NCBI GenBank assembly: GCA_002477825.1 | Contig: DLKT01000008.1 | Span: 42,659 to 106,658 of the forward strand | DNA: 64,000 bases | From: Bacillales bacterium UBA7581 | GTDB taxonomy: Bacteria > Bacillota_I > Bacilli_A > RFN20 > CAG-826 | Direction of reading: 5' to 3' | In this document: positions 25,598-35,214 of the stretch, piece after piece | Position numbering within the stretch: position 1 is the first letter of the stretch | Layout: each line of letters begins with the position of its first letter | Translations under genes and position numbers: made by a program | The notes under the pieces: model-generated | Seen by the model: only the letters and a program-made list of their open reading frames with translations | Databases searched by the model: none | Told to the model about the DNA's origin: nothing

Positions 25598-26896
25598 ATG
25601 CTGGCGATAACGTTATCTTGTATTATCTTTGTAATTATGATTTTAGCCATCTTATTCTTTCCCTCTATTCAGATAAAAAGGGTAAAGATATCAACGTATT
25701 GGATAATTCCTTTTGTGGGTGCGTTGATTCTAATTATATTTAAACAAGTCAATATGAAAGAAGTGATTGAAACTAGTTTTCATTCTTCAAGTATGAATCC
25801 ATTAAAGATACTTCTGCTATTTTTATCGATGACATTACTATCAATTTTTCTTGATGAAGTTGGCTTTTTTCGTTATTTAGCTTTTCGTTTGTTAAAAAAC
25901 GCAACGCAAAATCAAATCCAACTTTTTATTATTTTATATATCGTTGTATCTTTTTTAACGGTGTTTACTTCTAACGACATTATCATTTTAACTTTCACAC
26001 CTTTTATTTGTTATTTTTCTAAACATGCTCATATTGATCCGATTCCCTATTTGATTTCAGAATTTGTAGCTGCAAATACGATGAGTATGATGTTAATGAT
26101 TGGAAACCCTACGAATATTTATATTGCAACTTCTTATGGCGTTGATTTTATGGAGTATCTAAAAATTATGGCACTTCCAACGATAAGTGCTTCAGTTATA
26201 GCCTTTTTTATCTTGTTTTTGCTTTTTTATAAGAAATTAAAAGTAAAGGCGGAAGTAGAAATAGAAGAAGTAAAAGTAGAAAAGAAAGCTTTTGTAATTA
26301 ATGGTCTCATTCATTTATGCGTTTGTACTTTATTATTAGCAGTAGCATCTTATATTCATATTGAAATGTGGCAGATTAGTGTGCTTTCTGCCTGTTCTTT
26401 GTTGATAAGTACACTCATTATTTCATGGATAAAGAAAGAGAAATCACATGAATTATTACTTGCTATCAAAAGACTTCCTTGGGAACTGATTCCTTTTTTG
26501 CTTTCCATGTTTATTATTGTTTTTTCACTTAAACAAAGTGGTTTTACGAATACGATTTATCAATTATTCAATAAAGGAAATCCTTTATTTCTTTATGGAT
26601 ATTCTTCTTTTTTCTTAGCAAATATCATGAACAACATTCCCATGAGTGTGTTTTATTGTTCCGTGATGGAATCATTGGAAGGAGCAAGTTTAAATCAAGC
26701 TATGTTTGCGACGATTATGGGCTCTAATTTAGGTGCTTATTTAACACCAATTGGTGCCTTGGCAGGTATTATGTTTTCTAATCTATTAAAAAAACATGAA
26801 GTGAAGTTTTCTTTTCTTCAATTCATGGGCTATGGCGTTTTAATTTCAATTCCTACCATTTCTGTAGGGTTATTGATATTGAGTTTTATTCTTTAA
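25598..26896 (+). CDS. ArsB/NhaD-superfamily ion permease
   Basis: About 11-12 TM segments with an ArsB/citrate-transporter-like pattern. ATG at 25598 follows AGAGGAGAG. Confidence 0.6.
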   Translation: MLAITLSCIIFVIMILAILFFPSIQIKRVKISTYWIIPFVGALILIIFKQVNMKEVIETSFHSSSMNPLKILLLFLSMTLLSIFLDEVGFFRYLAFRLLKNATQNQIQLFIILYIVVSFLTVFTSNDIIILTFTPFICYFSKHAHIDPIPYLISEFVAANTMSMMLMIGNPTNIYIATSYGVDFMEYLKIMALPTISASVIAFFILFLLFYKKLKVKAEVEIEEVKVEKKAFVINGLIHLCVCTLLLAVASYIHIEMWQISVLSACSLLISTLIISWIKKEKSHELLLAIKRLPWELIPFLLSMFIIVFSLKQSGFTNTIYQLFNKGNPLFLYGYSSFFLANIMNNIPMSVFYCSVMESLEGASLNQAMFATIMGSNLGAYLTPIGALAGIMFSNLLKKHEVKFSFLQFMGYGVLISIPTISVGLLILSFIL

Positions 26897-27595
26897 TTAA
26901 CGCATATGTTTTAAAAGCGCTTCAATTTCTTCATCCGTTAATGAACGATATTCTCCTTCTTTTAAGTCGCCAAGTGTTAAAGTGTCCATACGTTCACGGT
27001 GTAAATCAATGACATAATATCCTAAAGCTTCAAACATCCTTTTAATTTGATGATATTTTCCTTCTTTTAAAATGACGTGCGCTTGGGTTTCATTGACAAT
27101 CGTAAATTGGCTAGGCAAACATTGATAACCATCATCTAAAGTAATCCCTTTTAAAAATTGTTCAGAAAGTTCTTTTTTTAATGGATGATTAACAGTAACC
27201 AAATATTCTTTTTCCACATGAGAAACAGGGGATAACAAAAAATGAGATAATTTTCCGTTATCTAAAATTAACATTAAACCCGTTGTGTCTTTATCTAACC
27301 GTCCGCAAGGAGCTAGATTACGATAAGGTTCATGAATTAAATCTAAAGCGGTAGGCGTAAAAGCGTCTTCAGTGGCCGAGAGATATCCTTTGGGTTTATT
27401 TAAAAGAAAATAATGAAACTCTTGATAATCAATTTTTTGATGGTTAACCATGACAGTCATTTGATTTTCATCCACTTGAAAAGCAGGGGAAGTAATGATT
27501 TTTCCATCAATTTCCACAACTTTCGATTTTAAAAGTTCTTTTACTTCTTTTCGAGTTCCTAATCCCGCATGTGCTAAAAAACGATCTAATCTCAT
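26897..27595 (-). CDS. RsuA/RluB-family rRNA pseudouridine synthase
   Basis: S4 N-terminus MRLDRFLAHAGLGTRKE and catalytic GRLDKDTTGL. Confidence 0.85.
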   Translation of the reverse strand: MRLDRFLAHAGLGTRKEVKELLKSKVVEIDGKIITSPAFQVDENQMTVMVNHQKIDYQEFHYFLLNKPKGYLSATEDAFTPTALDLIHEPYRNLAPCGRLDKDTTGLMLILDNGKLSHFLLSPVSHVEKEYLVTVNHPLKKELSEQFLKGITLDDGYQCLPSQFTIVNETQAHVILKEGKYHQIKRMFEALGYYVIDLHRERMDTLTLGDLKEGEYRSLTDEEIEALLKHMR

Positions 27596-27692
27596 GACAC
27601 AACCCATCCTTATAACATTATTATAAAGCAAATATGAGAATAAAAAAATAAAGACATCAAATACTAATAGCGATTAGAAAGGAGAAAATTTT

Positions 27693-28007
27693 ATGCCACA
27701 TTTAAAATGTTATGAAAAAGGATGTGCTTCTAACCACTGTACACATTGTGTACTTTCAAGAATTCATGTAGGGAGTAGTGCGTTATGCGAATCGTTCTCT
27801 CAACGCACAAAAGAAAACGAGCATCAAGCGGAATTCGAATTTGAATTCGCCCAAGATTTAGAAATGGCAACGCGTTTAGATGGTCATAATGTGCATTGTG
27901 ATAATCGCATGTGCCGTTTCCAAGAATCAGGGGCATGTCATCATGAGCATGTCCGTATTGAAGGCGTCCCACAAGGACCAATATGCGCTAGTTTTCTTCC
28001 GCGGTAA
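27693..28007 (+). CDS. Small Cys/His-rich protein with two DUF1540-like repeats
   Basis: CxxxxCxxNxCxxC... repeated twice (KCYEKGCASNHCTHC; HCDNRMCRFQESGAC). Confidence 0.65.
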   Translation: MPHLKCYEKGCASNHCTHCVLSRIHVGSSALCESFSQRTKENEHQAEFEFEFAQDLEMATRLDGHNVHCDNRMCRFQESGACHHEHVRIEGVPQGPICASFLPR

Positions 28008-29274
28008 CTTTTAGATAAATTTGGGCAGAAATCGTTCCAATTAAGCCGATAATGGGAAGGAAGATCATGGTGATCAAGCGGAATGTTAATTCAGGATGAT
28101 TTCCAGGATTTGCGCCATCTTGATAGCCGGAGAAAGAAGAAATTAACATTAAAAGAAGAGCGGCAATAATTAAAGAAAGTCTTCTAGCAAAGCTGGAAAT
28201 AGACATTAATACGGCTTCTCTTCGCACATGATATTTTTGATAATCTCGATCAATAATTTCCGCCATCATTAAATCAGGAGTAATTAAAATTCCTCCTAAA
28301 CAAGGAGCGGCAAGCAAAACGGCAATTAAAGTTGTCCAAAAGTTAAAAGCAGAAGCTAAAACAAAAATAACAAGAGGAAGTAAACGGAAAGACCATAGGT
28401 AAGCATATCTATGGCCTTTTTTCTTAATTACACGGGTCCAGCCCTTTAAAGAAAAGAATAATAAAACGAAAGCAACACCAGTAACAATGGATTGTTGGAT
28501 GCCATTAATTTTTAAAGTATACTTCATTAGAAATGGCAAAATGGTGACAAGGGTGCCTAAAATAATTAAAAAAGAAGCATTGGATAAAAGATACCATATA
28601 AAACCTTTGTTTTTAAAAGCAGCTTTCCAAGTAGAGGTAAAAGAAAATTTTTGTTTTGCTTCAATATCGCGATTGGTGGGCTCGCTAACATTCATTAAAG
28701 AAACCATAATGATTAGAATCGAGATGGCACTAAAAATAGCACATGTAGTTAAATAACCTAATTTTTCTTTTAATATTGGAGCGGATAAAAATACAATTCC
28801 CGTTCCCAATATTTCAAAAATATGTTTGTAAGAAGATGCAGAAGTTCTTTCTTCTTCGCTTAAAAATATGGCAGGATACAAAGCATTATAATTTACATAC
28901 ATTAAAGAAGAGAAGTTATCAAACATCGTTGTGATAAAAATATAATATAAAAAGAATTGGGTAGATGAAAGATTCATTTCGCTATCGACTGCGAAGGTAA
29001 ATAAAAAAGAAACGCAAAATAAAGGGAGACCAAAAACGAGCCAAGTCTTTCTTTTTCCTGTTTTAAAAGCAAACTTATCGGATAAATAACCGAAGAAAAG
29101 ATCATTTAAGCCATCAAAGCAAAGAAAAATGACTTTGGCTAAGCTTGCTTGTTGAAGGGTAATTAATGCCGCTTCATCTACATAATAAGAATAATTATAA
29201 CTAGAAAACATTTGGTTGACTAAAGTTAGACCTAAAAGAATGCATGCATAGAAGATAATTTTTTTCTTGTTCAT
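27988..29274 (-). CDS. MFS transporter (GPH/MFS_2-like)
   Basis: Twelve TM segments and the loop GYLSDKFAFKTGKRKTW. Its 3' end overlaps the convergent gene by 20 nt. Confidence 0.7.
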   Translation of the reverse strand: MNKKKIIFYACILLGLTLVNQMFSSYNYSYYVDEAALITLQQASLAKVIFLCFDGLNDLFFGYLSDKFAFKTGKRKTWLVFGLPLFCVSFLFTFAVDSEMNLSSTQFFLYYIFITTMFDNFSSLMYVNYNALYPAIFLSEEERTSASSYKHIFEILGTGIVFLSAPILKEKLGYLTTCAIFSAISILIIMVSLMNVSEPTNRDIEAKQKFSFTSTWKAAFKNKGFIWYLLSNASFLIILGTLVTILPFLMKYTLKINGIQQSIVTGVAFVLLFFSLKGWTRVIKKKGHRYAYLWSFRLLPLVIFVLASAFNFWTTLIAVLLAAPCLGGILITPDLMMAEIIDRDYQKYHVRREAVLMSISSFARRLSLIIAALLLMLISSFSGYQDGANPGNHPELTFRLITMIFLPIIGLIGTISAQIYLKVTAEEN

Positions 29275-29332
29275 AGGGCCTCCTTTTATATCTATCTATG
29301 TTATAATATGCTCATATTAAGGGGATATAGTC

Positions 29333-29884
29333 GTGAAATTAATTGTTGGTTTAGGAAATCCGGGAAAAGAATATGAAAAAACAAGACATAACATGGGGTT
29401 TATGGCGCTTGATGCCTTTGCTGATGTTATGCAAGTGGATATCGATAAAGAATCTTTTCACGGAATATATGGTCGTCTACGCTTAGAAGATGAAGATTGG
29501 CTTTTATTAAAGCCATTAACCTTTATGAATCTTTCGGGTCAATCTGTAAGAGAAATTGCCGATTATTTTAAAATCAATGTGGATGACATTGTAGTTGTCT
29601 ATGATGAAATGGCCCTTCCACCAGGAAAAATTCGTTTACGTGAAAAAGGATCAAGTGGTGGACATAAAGGAATTCAAAGCATTATTGATCATTTTAAAAA
29701 TGACCAAATTAAAAGAATTCGTATAGGGATTGGCGAACCAACCTATAATGTAGTTGATTATGTTTTAGGAAAACCAAGTCCTGAAGATCAAAAAGAAATC
29801 GATCAAGCGATACAAAAAACTGTAGAAGCTTTAAAGATGATTGTACGTCAAGATTTTAAGCACGCCATGTCAAAATATAACTAG
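29333..29884 (+). CDS. pth: Peptidyl-tRNA hydrolase
   Basis: GLGNPG motif. GTG start. TGtTATAAT promoter at 29299-29307. Confidence 0.9.
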   Translation: MKLIVGLGNPGKEYEKTRHNMGFMALDAFADVMQVDIDKESFHGIYGRLRLEDEDWLLLKPLTFMNLSGQSVREIADYFKINVDDIVVVYDEMALPPGKIRLREKGSSGGHKGIQSIIDHFKNDQIKRIRIGIGEPTYNVVDYVLGKPSPEDQKEIDQAIQKTVEALKMIVRQDFKHAMSKYN

Positions 29885-29895
29885 GAAGTGAGAAC

Positions 29896-32800
29896 TTGAA
29901 AGCCTTATTTCAAATACTAGAAAAAAGTAAAGCCGTAGGGTCCCTTTTATCGAAAAAGGGATTTTTTGCGGTGGATGATACATTAGGTGTGAGCTTATTA
30001 GTGGCTACCGCTTATCAACATCAAAAAGAAGGGTATAACATTGTAGCTTCTAATCTTTATCACGCTCAAAAAATATATGATTTACTTTCTAATTTTGTAG
30101 GAGAAGAAAATTGTTTATTTTTCCCCGTGGATGAAATGTTACGGGTTGAAGCTGTTTCGGCTTCTAAAGAAATGCTTGCGCAGCGACTTTACGTCATGAA
30201 CGAATTATTAAAAAATCCTAAAAAGATTTTAATTACTCACGTTGCAGCAGCGACCCGCTATATGCCTAAAAAAGAGCTTTATGAAGAAAGTTGTTTGCAT
30301 TTTCAAGTAGGCAATCATGTTTCTTTAGAAGAAATTCGTTTAAAACTCATTCATATGGGATATGAAAAAGTGAATAAAATTGATCAAAGTTTACAATTTG
30401 CTATTCGTGGTGACATTTTAGATATTTTTAGTGTGAACATGGATTTACCTTTGCGTATTGAATTTTTTGATGATGAAATTGAAAGTATTCGTTTGTTTGA
30501 TATTCCTACCCAATGTTCAAAAGAAACAAGAGACAGTGTCGATGTTTTACCGGCTTCTGATTTACTTTTTAACGAAGAAGAAAAAGAACAAATTCAAGCT
30601 AAATTATTAGAGCGGCTGACTTTAGATCAAGCATCTCTTGATGAAGAAAAGCAACTACTTTTAAAACAAAAAGTGGAATTAGATATGGATAACTTATCCT
30701 ATAACGTTGTTAAATCAACGCTTTATCCTTATTATGGTTATTTACAAAACGAACATTATTCCATTTTAGATTACGCTTCAAGTAGTGTGACTTTAATTGT
30801 GGATGAAAGAGCGTGTGTCCAATCTTCTAATACTTTATTAGAAGAAGAGACTCATTATTTTCTTGAAGCTTATGAAGAAGGAAGAAGTTTAAGAAAATTA
30901 AGTATGTATCAAGATTTTTCTCGTCTTCTTACCCACTATCATTATTTAAAAACATCCTCTTTAGTGGAAAGTGATGATCAAATCTCTTTCTCTTTACGTC
31001 CAATTTTAGCAGGAGAGGGAACGTTTAAAGGAGCAAGACTATTAATTGAATCCTATTTAAAAACGGCAAAGAAAATTTTAATCGTTCTTTCTAGTGCTCA
31101 ACAAAAAGAAGCGATTTCTGATGTGTTAAATGAAATGAATGTTCCTTTTGATGTTTTAGATGATGACGGCTCTTTACCCAAAGAACAAGTAGGAATTTTA
31201 TTAGGTAATATGGAAAGTGGTTTTGAATTGGTGGAAGAAAGTATTGCCGTTTTAACAAGTCATGAATTGTTTGGTTATCGTAATCACGTATCCCGTTTTT
31301 TAAGTCGTTATAAAGAAGCGACCATTTTAAAATCGTATGAAGAATTAGAAGTGGGGGATTATGTCGTTCATGAACAAAATGGTATTGGCCAATTCTTAGG
31401 CATTCGCACTTTATTAGTGGATGGAATTCATCGTGATTATCTTCATATTGCTTATGCGGGAACCGATGTTTTATATGTTCCTTTAGAGCAATTTAAATTA
31501 GTAAGAAAATATGTGGGTAAAGATGGCGCACGTCCAAAACTCAATCGTCTCGGTTCTACCGAATGGGAAAAGACCAAAAGGCGAATTAAAGAACGCGTAA
31601 ATGATATGGCAGAAAGATTAATTCTTCTTTATGCTAAACGTCTTGAAGTACAAGGCTTTGCTTTTAAAGAAGATGATGAATTTCAAAAAGCCTTTGAAAG
31701 TCAATTTCCTTTTGAATTAACCAAAGACCAAGAAAGATCGTTAAAAGAAATTAAAGAAGATATGGAAAAGCCAGTACCTATGGACCGCTTATTATGTGGC
31801 GATGTCGGGTTTGGTAAAACTGAAATTGCTTTTAGAGCGGCTTTTAAAGCGATATTAAGTGGAAAACAGGTAGGATTACTTTGTCCAACCACCCTTTTAG
31901 CAAGACAACATTATGAACGAGCGTTAGATCGTTTTAGTATGTTTGGGGTAAAGATAGCCATTCTTTCTCGTTTAGTACCTGAATCGACACAAAAACAATA
32001 CTTGAAACAGATTGAAGAAGGCAGTGTTCATTTAGTCATTGGTACCCATCGCTTACTTTCAAAAGAAATTAAATTTCATGATTTAGGTCTATTAATCGTC
32101 GATGAAGAACAACGCTTTGGCGTGGAACAAAAAGAAAGAATTAAAGAATTAAAGAGTAATGTCGATGTTTTAACTTTAACGGCAACCCCAATTCCAAGAA
32201 CTTTACAAATGTCTTTAGTCGGTATTCGCCAATTATCACAACTCAACAGTGCCCCTACGAATCGTATGCCTATTCAAACTTACGTTGTACCCTTTAAAGT
32301 GAGCATGATTCGTGAATTAATGGAAAGAGAATTAGCAAGAAAAGGACAAGTGTTCTACTTGCATAATCAAGTTTCTACCATTTATAGTACCGCTAGAAAA
32401 ATTCAAGAGATGATTCCTGATGCGCATATTGGAGTTGTACATGGACAAATGGATCGCGAAATGATTGAAGATGTCATGACCCACTTTTATCATGGAGAAT
32501 TAGATATTTTAGTTTGTACTTCCATTATTGAAACCGGTATTGATATTGCGAATGCCAATATGATTTTAATTGAAGACGCCGATCATTTTGGTTTATCGCA
32601 ACTTTATCAAATTAAAGGTCGAGTCGGTAGAGGGAATCGTATTGCTTATGCCTATTTAATGTATAAGCCTAACAAATCACTATCAGAAGTGGCGCAAAAA
32701 CGATTAAAAGCCATTCAAGACTTTACCGAACTGGGTAGTGGATATCGTATTGCCCAACGTGATTTAATGATTCGTGGAGCGGGAGATATTTTAGGTGCTG

Positions 32801-33360
32801 AGCAAGCAGGTTTTATTGATTCGGTCGGTATGGATATGTATATTCAATTATTAAATGAAGTATTAGAAGAAAAGAAAACCGGTAAAAAACAAGAAGAAGT
32901 TAAAGCCAAAAAAGCTTTAACTATTGATGCATATATTCCTTCTAAATACGCAAACGAAAGCGATAAAATCGAAATGTATCAAGAAATAGAAGGCGCGAAA
33001 ACAAAAGAAGAATTAGAAGCCATTGAAAAAAGAATTGCCGATATTTATGGTAAAGTACCTTTAGAAGTCAGTCGATTATTCTTAAAGAAACGTATTGATT
33101 TCTATTTAGAGACACCGACTTTTGATGATTTACAAGAATATGCCGACTATGTGGATATTTTATTAAATGCAGAACTTAGTAACCGAAATGGTATTGGTAT
33201 TGTTTTATTTCAAGAACTGACCCCGTTTTTAAGTTTAATTAAAGTGACCATTGTGAAAAAGCAAATTAAAATTCGTTTGACAAAGAAAGATGATTGGCCC
33301 AACACACTTGTTAAATTGATGGAAAAAGTAGAAGAAATTGCCCATCGTTTTCATGATTAA
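29896..33360 (+). CDS. mfd: Transcription-repair coupling factor
   Basis: GDVGFGKTE, DEEQRFG, a CarD-like region and a TRG motif region. TTG start. Confidence 0.95.
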   Translation: MKALFQILEKSKAVGSLLSKKGFFAVDDTLGVSLLVATAYQHQKEGYNIVASNLYHAQKIYDLLSNFVGEENCLFFPVDEMLRVEAVSASKEMLAQRLYVMNELLKNPKKILITHVAAATRYMPKKELYEESCLHFQVGNHVSLEEIRLKLIHMGYEKVNKIDQSLQFAIRGDILDIFSVNMDLPLRIEFFDDEIESIRLFDIPTQCSKETRDSVDVLPASDLLFNEEEKEQIQAKLLERLTLDQASLDEEKQLLLKQKVELDMDNLSYNVVKSTLYPYYGYLQNEHYSILDYASSSVTLIVDERACVQSSNTLLEEETHYFLEAYEEGRSLRKLSMYQDFSRLLTHYHYLKTSSLVESDDQISFSLRPILAGEGTFKGARLLIESYLKTAKKILIVLSSAQQKEAISDVLNEMNVPFDVLDDDGSLPKEQVGILLGNMESGFELVEESIAVLTSHELFGYRNHVSRFLSRYKEATILKSYEELEVGDYVVHEQNGIGQFLGIRTLLVDGIHRDYLHIAYAGTDVLYVPLEQFKLVRKYVGKDGARPKLNRLGSTEWEKTKRRIKERVNDMAERLILLYAKRLEVQGFAFKEDDEFQKAFESQFPFELTKDQERSLKEIKEDMEKPVPMDRLLCGDVGFGKTEIAFRAAFKAILSGKQVGLLCPTTLLARQHYERALDRFSMFGVKIAILSRLVPESTQKQYLKQIEEGSVHLVIGTHRLLSKEIKFHDLGLLIVDEEQRFGVEQKERIKELKSNVDVLTLTATPIPRTLQMSLVGIRQLSQLNSAPTNRMPIQTYVVPFKVSMIRELMERELARKGQVFYLHNQVSTIYSTARKIQEMIPDAHIGVVHGQMDREMIEDVMTHFYHGELDILVCTSIIETGIDIANANMILIEDADHFGLSQLYQIKGRVGRGNRIAYAYLMYKPNKSLSEVAQKRLKAIQDFTELGSGYRIAQRDLMIRGAGDILGAEQAGFIDSVGMDMYIQLLNEVLEEKKTGKKQEEVKAKKALTIDAYIPSKYANESDKIEMYQEIEGAKTKEELEAIEKRIADIYGKVPLEVSRLFLKKRIDFYLETPTFDDLQEYADYVDILLNAELSNRNGIGIVLFQELTPFLSLIKVTIVKKQIKIRLTKKDDWPNTLVKLMEKVEEIAHRFHD

Positions 33361-33397
33361 CAAAAAAGTGTCACATACTACTATTTGAGGTGTTAAC

Positions 33398-33919
33398 ATG
33401 AATCAAATAGGTGCAGTAAGAAGAATTGATGAATTAGGAAGAATTGTCATTCCTAAAGGTATTCGGAATCGTTTACGAATTAATGAAGGTGATCGTTTAG
33501 AGATTGCTATTAGTGAAACGGGAAAAATTGAAATACAAAAGTATAATGCTTTTGTGGGAAACTACGATATGATTACCAATATTGTTTTTACCTTAGCAAA
33601 AGAACTTCATCATCCCGCAATGATCATTTGTGATGGAAAGATTTTAACGAAAAGCGATAATGTTCCAGATGAAATTCATGAAGGAATTCCCATTGAAAAA
33701 GGTATTAATGACCGTTTATATGAACGTAAAAACTTTTCTTTAACCGATGAAACAATTTTACCTTATGGAGAACATCATTCTTTTTCCGTTTTCCCTATTG
33801 CATATAATAGTGAAATATTAGGTGGATTATTAATTCTTCATGAGAATCCTTTAAATGAAGAAAACATCAAAATGATTCAAGCCTTTCGAAATCTTTTAAC
33901 GATGATTTTAAAAGTATGA
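33398..33919 (+). CDS. spoVT: Stage V sporulation regulator SpoVT (AbrB-type N-terminus plus GAF-like C-terminus)
   Basis: RRIDELGRIVIPKGIRNRL. Synteny after mfd. Confidence 0.85.
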   Translation: MNQIGAVRRIDELGRIVIPKGIRNRLRINEGDRLEIAISETGKIEIQKYNAFVGNYDMITNIVFTLAKELHHPAMIICDGKILTKSDNVPDEIHEGIPIEKGINDRLYERKNFSLTDETILPYGEHHSFSVFPIAYNSEILGGLLILHENPLNEENIKMIQAFRNLLTMILKV

Positions 33920-33942
33920 TACAATAACAATAGGTGAGAAAC

Positions 33943-34215
33943 ATGCGATTAGATAAATATCTTAAAGTAACAAGATTAATTAAAAGAAGAACGATAGCGA
34001 AAGAAGTTATTGATCAAGATGTGGTTTATGTAAATGATCGAATAGCGAAACCTTCTAAAGAAATTCAAGAAGGCGATATTATTCGTCTCATCTTAGGAAA
34101 GAAAGAACTAACCATTAAAGTAACGAGTTTACCCGCTACAGCCTTAAAAAAAGATACGAAAGAAATGTATGAAGTCCTCTCTTTAAAAGTGCTAAATCCT
34201 TCCCAACCTTCATAA
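33943..34215 (+). CDS. yabO: S4-domain RNA-binding protein (YabO/RqcP, Hsp15-like)
   Basis: MRLDKYLKVTRLIKRRT S4 motif. Synteny. Confidence 0.8.
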   Translation: MRLDKYLKVTRLIKRRTIAKEVIDQDVVYVNDRIAKPSKEIQEGDIIRLILGKKELTIKVTSLPATALKKDTKEMYEVLSLKVLNPSQPS

Positions 34216-34237
34216 GGTGAAGTGGGGAGGTTTTTTT

Positions 34238-34507
34238 ATGGAAGAAAAAAATAGTGTAGTCACGATAAAAAACCGAGAAGGCGTAGAATTAACAGGGGTA
34301 GTTAAACTCGATAGTTTTACGCACGTTGAATTTTTAGTACAAACAGAACTCGGTTATTTGCATATTAAAGGAAGTAACTTAAGCTTAGGTTTGATGGATA
34401 TGGAAAAAAAGACATTAACCATTCAAGGCACGATTGATAGTGTGGCTTATGTGGGAAAATCTAAAGAAGTGGCGAAAGAAAGTTTCTTTAAGAAAATCTT
34501 TAAATAA
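34238..34507 (+). CDS. yabP: Sporulation protein YabP
   Basis: Size, the LTGV..LDSF...L.IKG..L pattern, and position. Confidence 0.75.
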   Translation: MEEKNSVVTIKNREGVELTGVVKLDSFTHVEFLVQTELGYLHIKGSNLSLGLMDMEKKTLTIQGTIDSVAYVGKSKEVAKESFFKKIFK

Positions 34508-34926
34508 TGACTTTGTTTACACAAATACAAGTGTTTATAGGTACTTTAGCGCTTAGCATGCTCTATTTATTTTTCTATAGTGTCTATAATCGCTTGTTTT
34601 ATCATTGGCAAGGCAAAATCATTCGTTATCTTCTCGATATTATTTTCTTTTCCGCTTGTGCTTATTTCTATTTTCTTTTTTTAGTTCATTACGCGAAAGG
34701 CCAATTGAACCTTCATTATCTTTTAGCAGGACTTTTAGGTCTATTTTTCTATCAAAAATTTTATGCAAAATGGATTAACCTTTGGATGGAAAAGAAAATG
34801 AAATGGTTAGATATAAAAATTGGGCAGCCACTTTCTCGAACAATTTCTAAATTTCGTGCTATAATGAAAAAAAAGAAAAGAGGGATGGTTCATGAAAGAA
34901 GAAAAAAAGAGACATCGCATCATTAG
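34507..34926 (+). CDS. yabQ: Spore cortex biosynthesis membrane protein YabQ
   Basis: TAATG coupling to yabP, multi-TM, position. Confidence 0.7.
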   Translation: MTLFTQIQVFIGTLALSMLYLFFYSVYNRLFYHWQGKIIRYLLDIIFFSACAYFYFLFLVHYAKGQLNLHYLLAGLLGLFFYQKFYAKWINLWMEKKMKWLDIKIGQPLSRTISKFRAIMKKKKRGMVHERRKKETSHH

Positions 34927-35149
34927 TTATTGCCTTTTTGGTCTTTTTATTCTTTCTTTAGTGACGATTTTTTTGACTTCTTTTCAATTGGTGAAAAATT
35001 ATCGTTATCATCAGCAATTAGAGCGATTAATTGAGAACATGGAAAAAGATTATCAAAACCCATCGAAAGATGATAACGGCTATTATATTGAATTTGACGA
35101 AGATGAAAATGTAGAAGTGGAAAAGGGACAACCACTCATTTATTGGTAA
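34892..35149 (+). CDS. Small bitopic septum-formation-initiator (DivIC/FtsB)-like protein
   Basis: Single TM segment plus a short coiled-coil-like segment. It sits in the divIC position of the Bacillus cluster. Confidence 0.45.
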   Translation: MKEEKKRHRIISYCLFGLFILSLVTIFLTSFQLVKNYRYHQQLERLIENMEKDYQNPSKDDNGYYIEFDEDENVEVEKGQPLIYW

Positions 35150-35160
35150 AAATTAAGACA

Positions 35161-35188
35161 AGAAGCGACATCGTTCGCTTCTTTTTTC
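35161..35188 (+). terminator. Rho-independent terminator
   Basis: AGAAGCGA-catcgt-TCGCTTCT followed by T5. Confidence 0.8.
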
Positions 35189-35214
35189 TTCTACAATCAA
35201 ACTGGGTGATTTTC

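Noticed and set aside
33361-33397. SigG/SigF-type promoter upstream of spoVT (CATACTA as the -10)
   Set aside because: The -10-like heptamer is present, but I could not find a convincing -35 (GnATR) at the right spacing. It is too weak to annotate.
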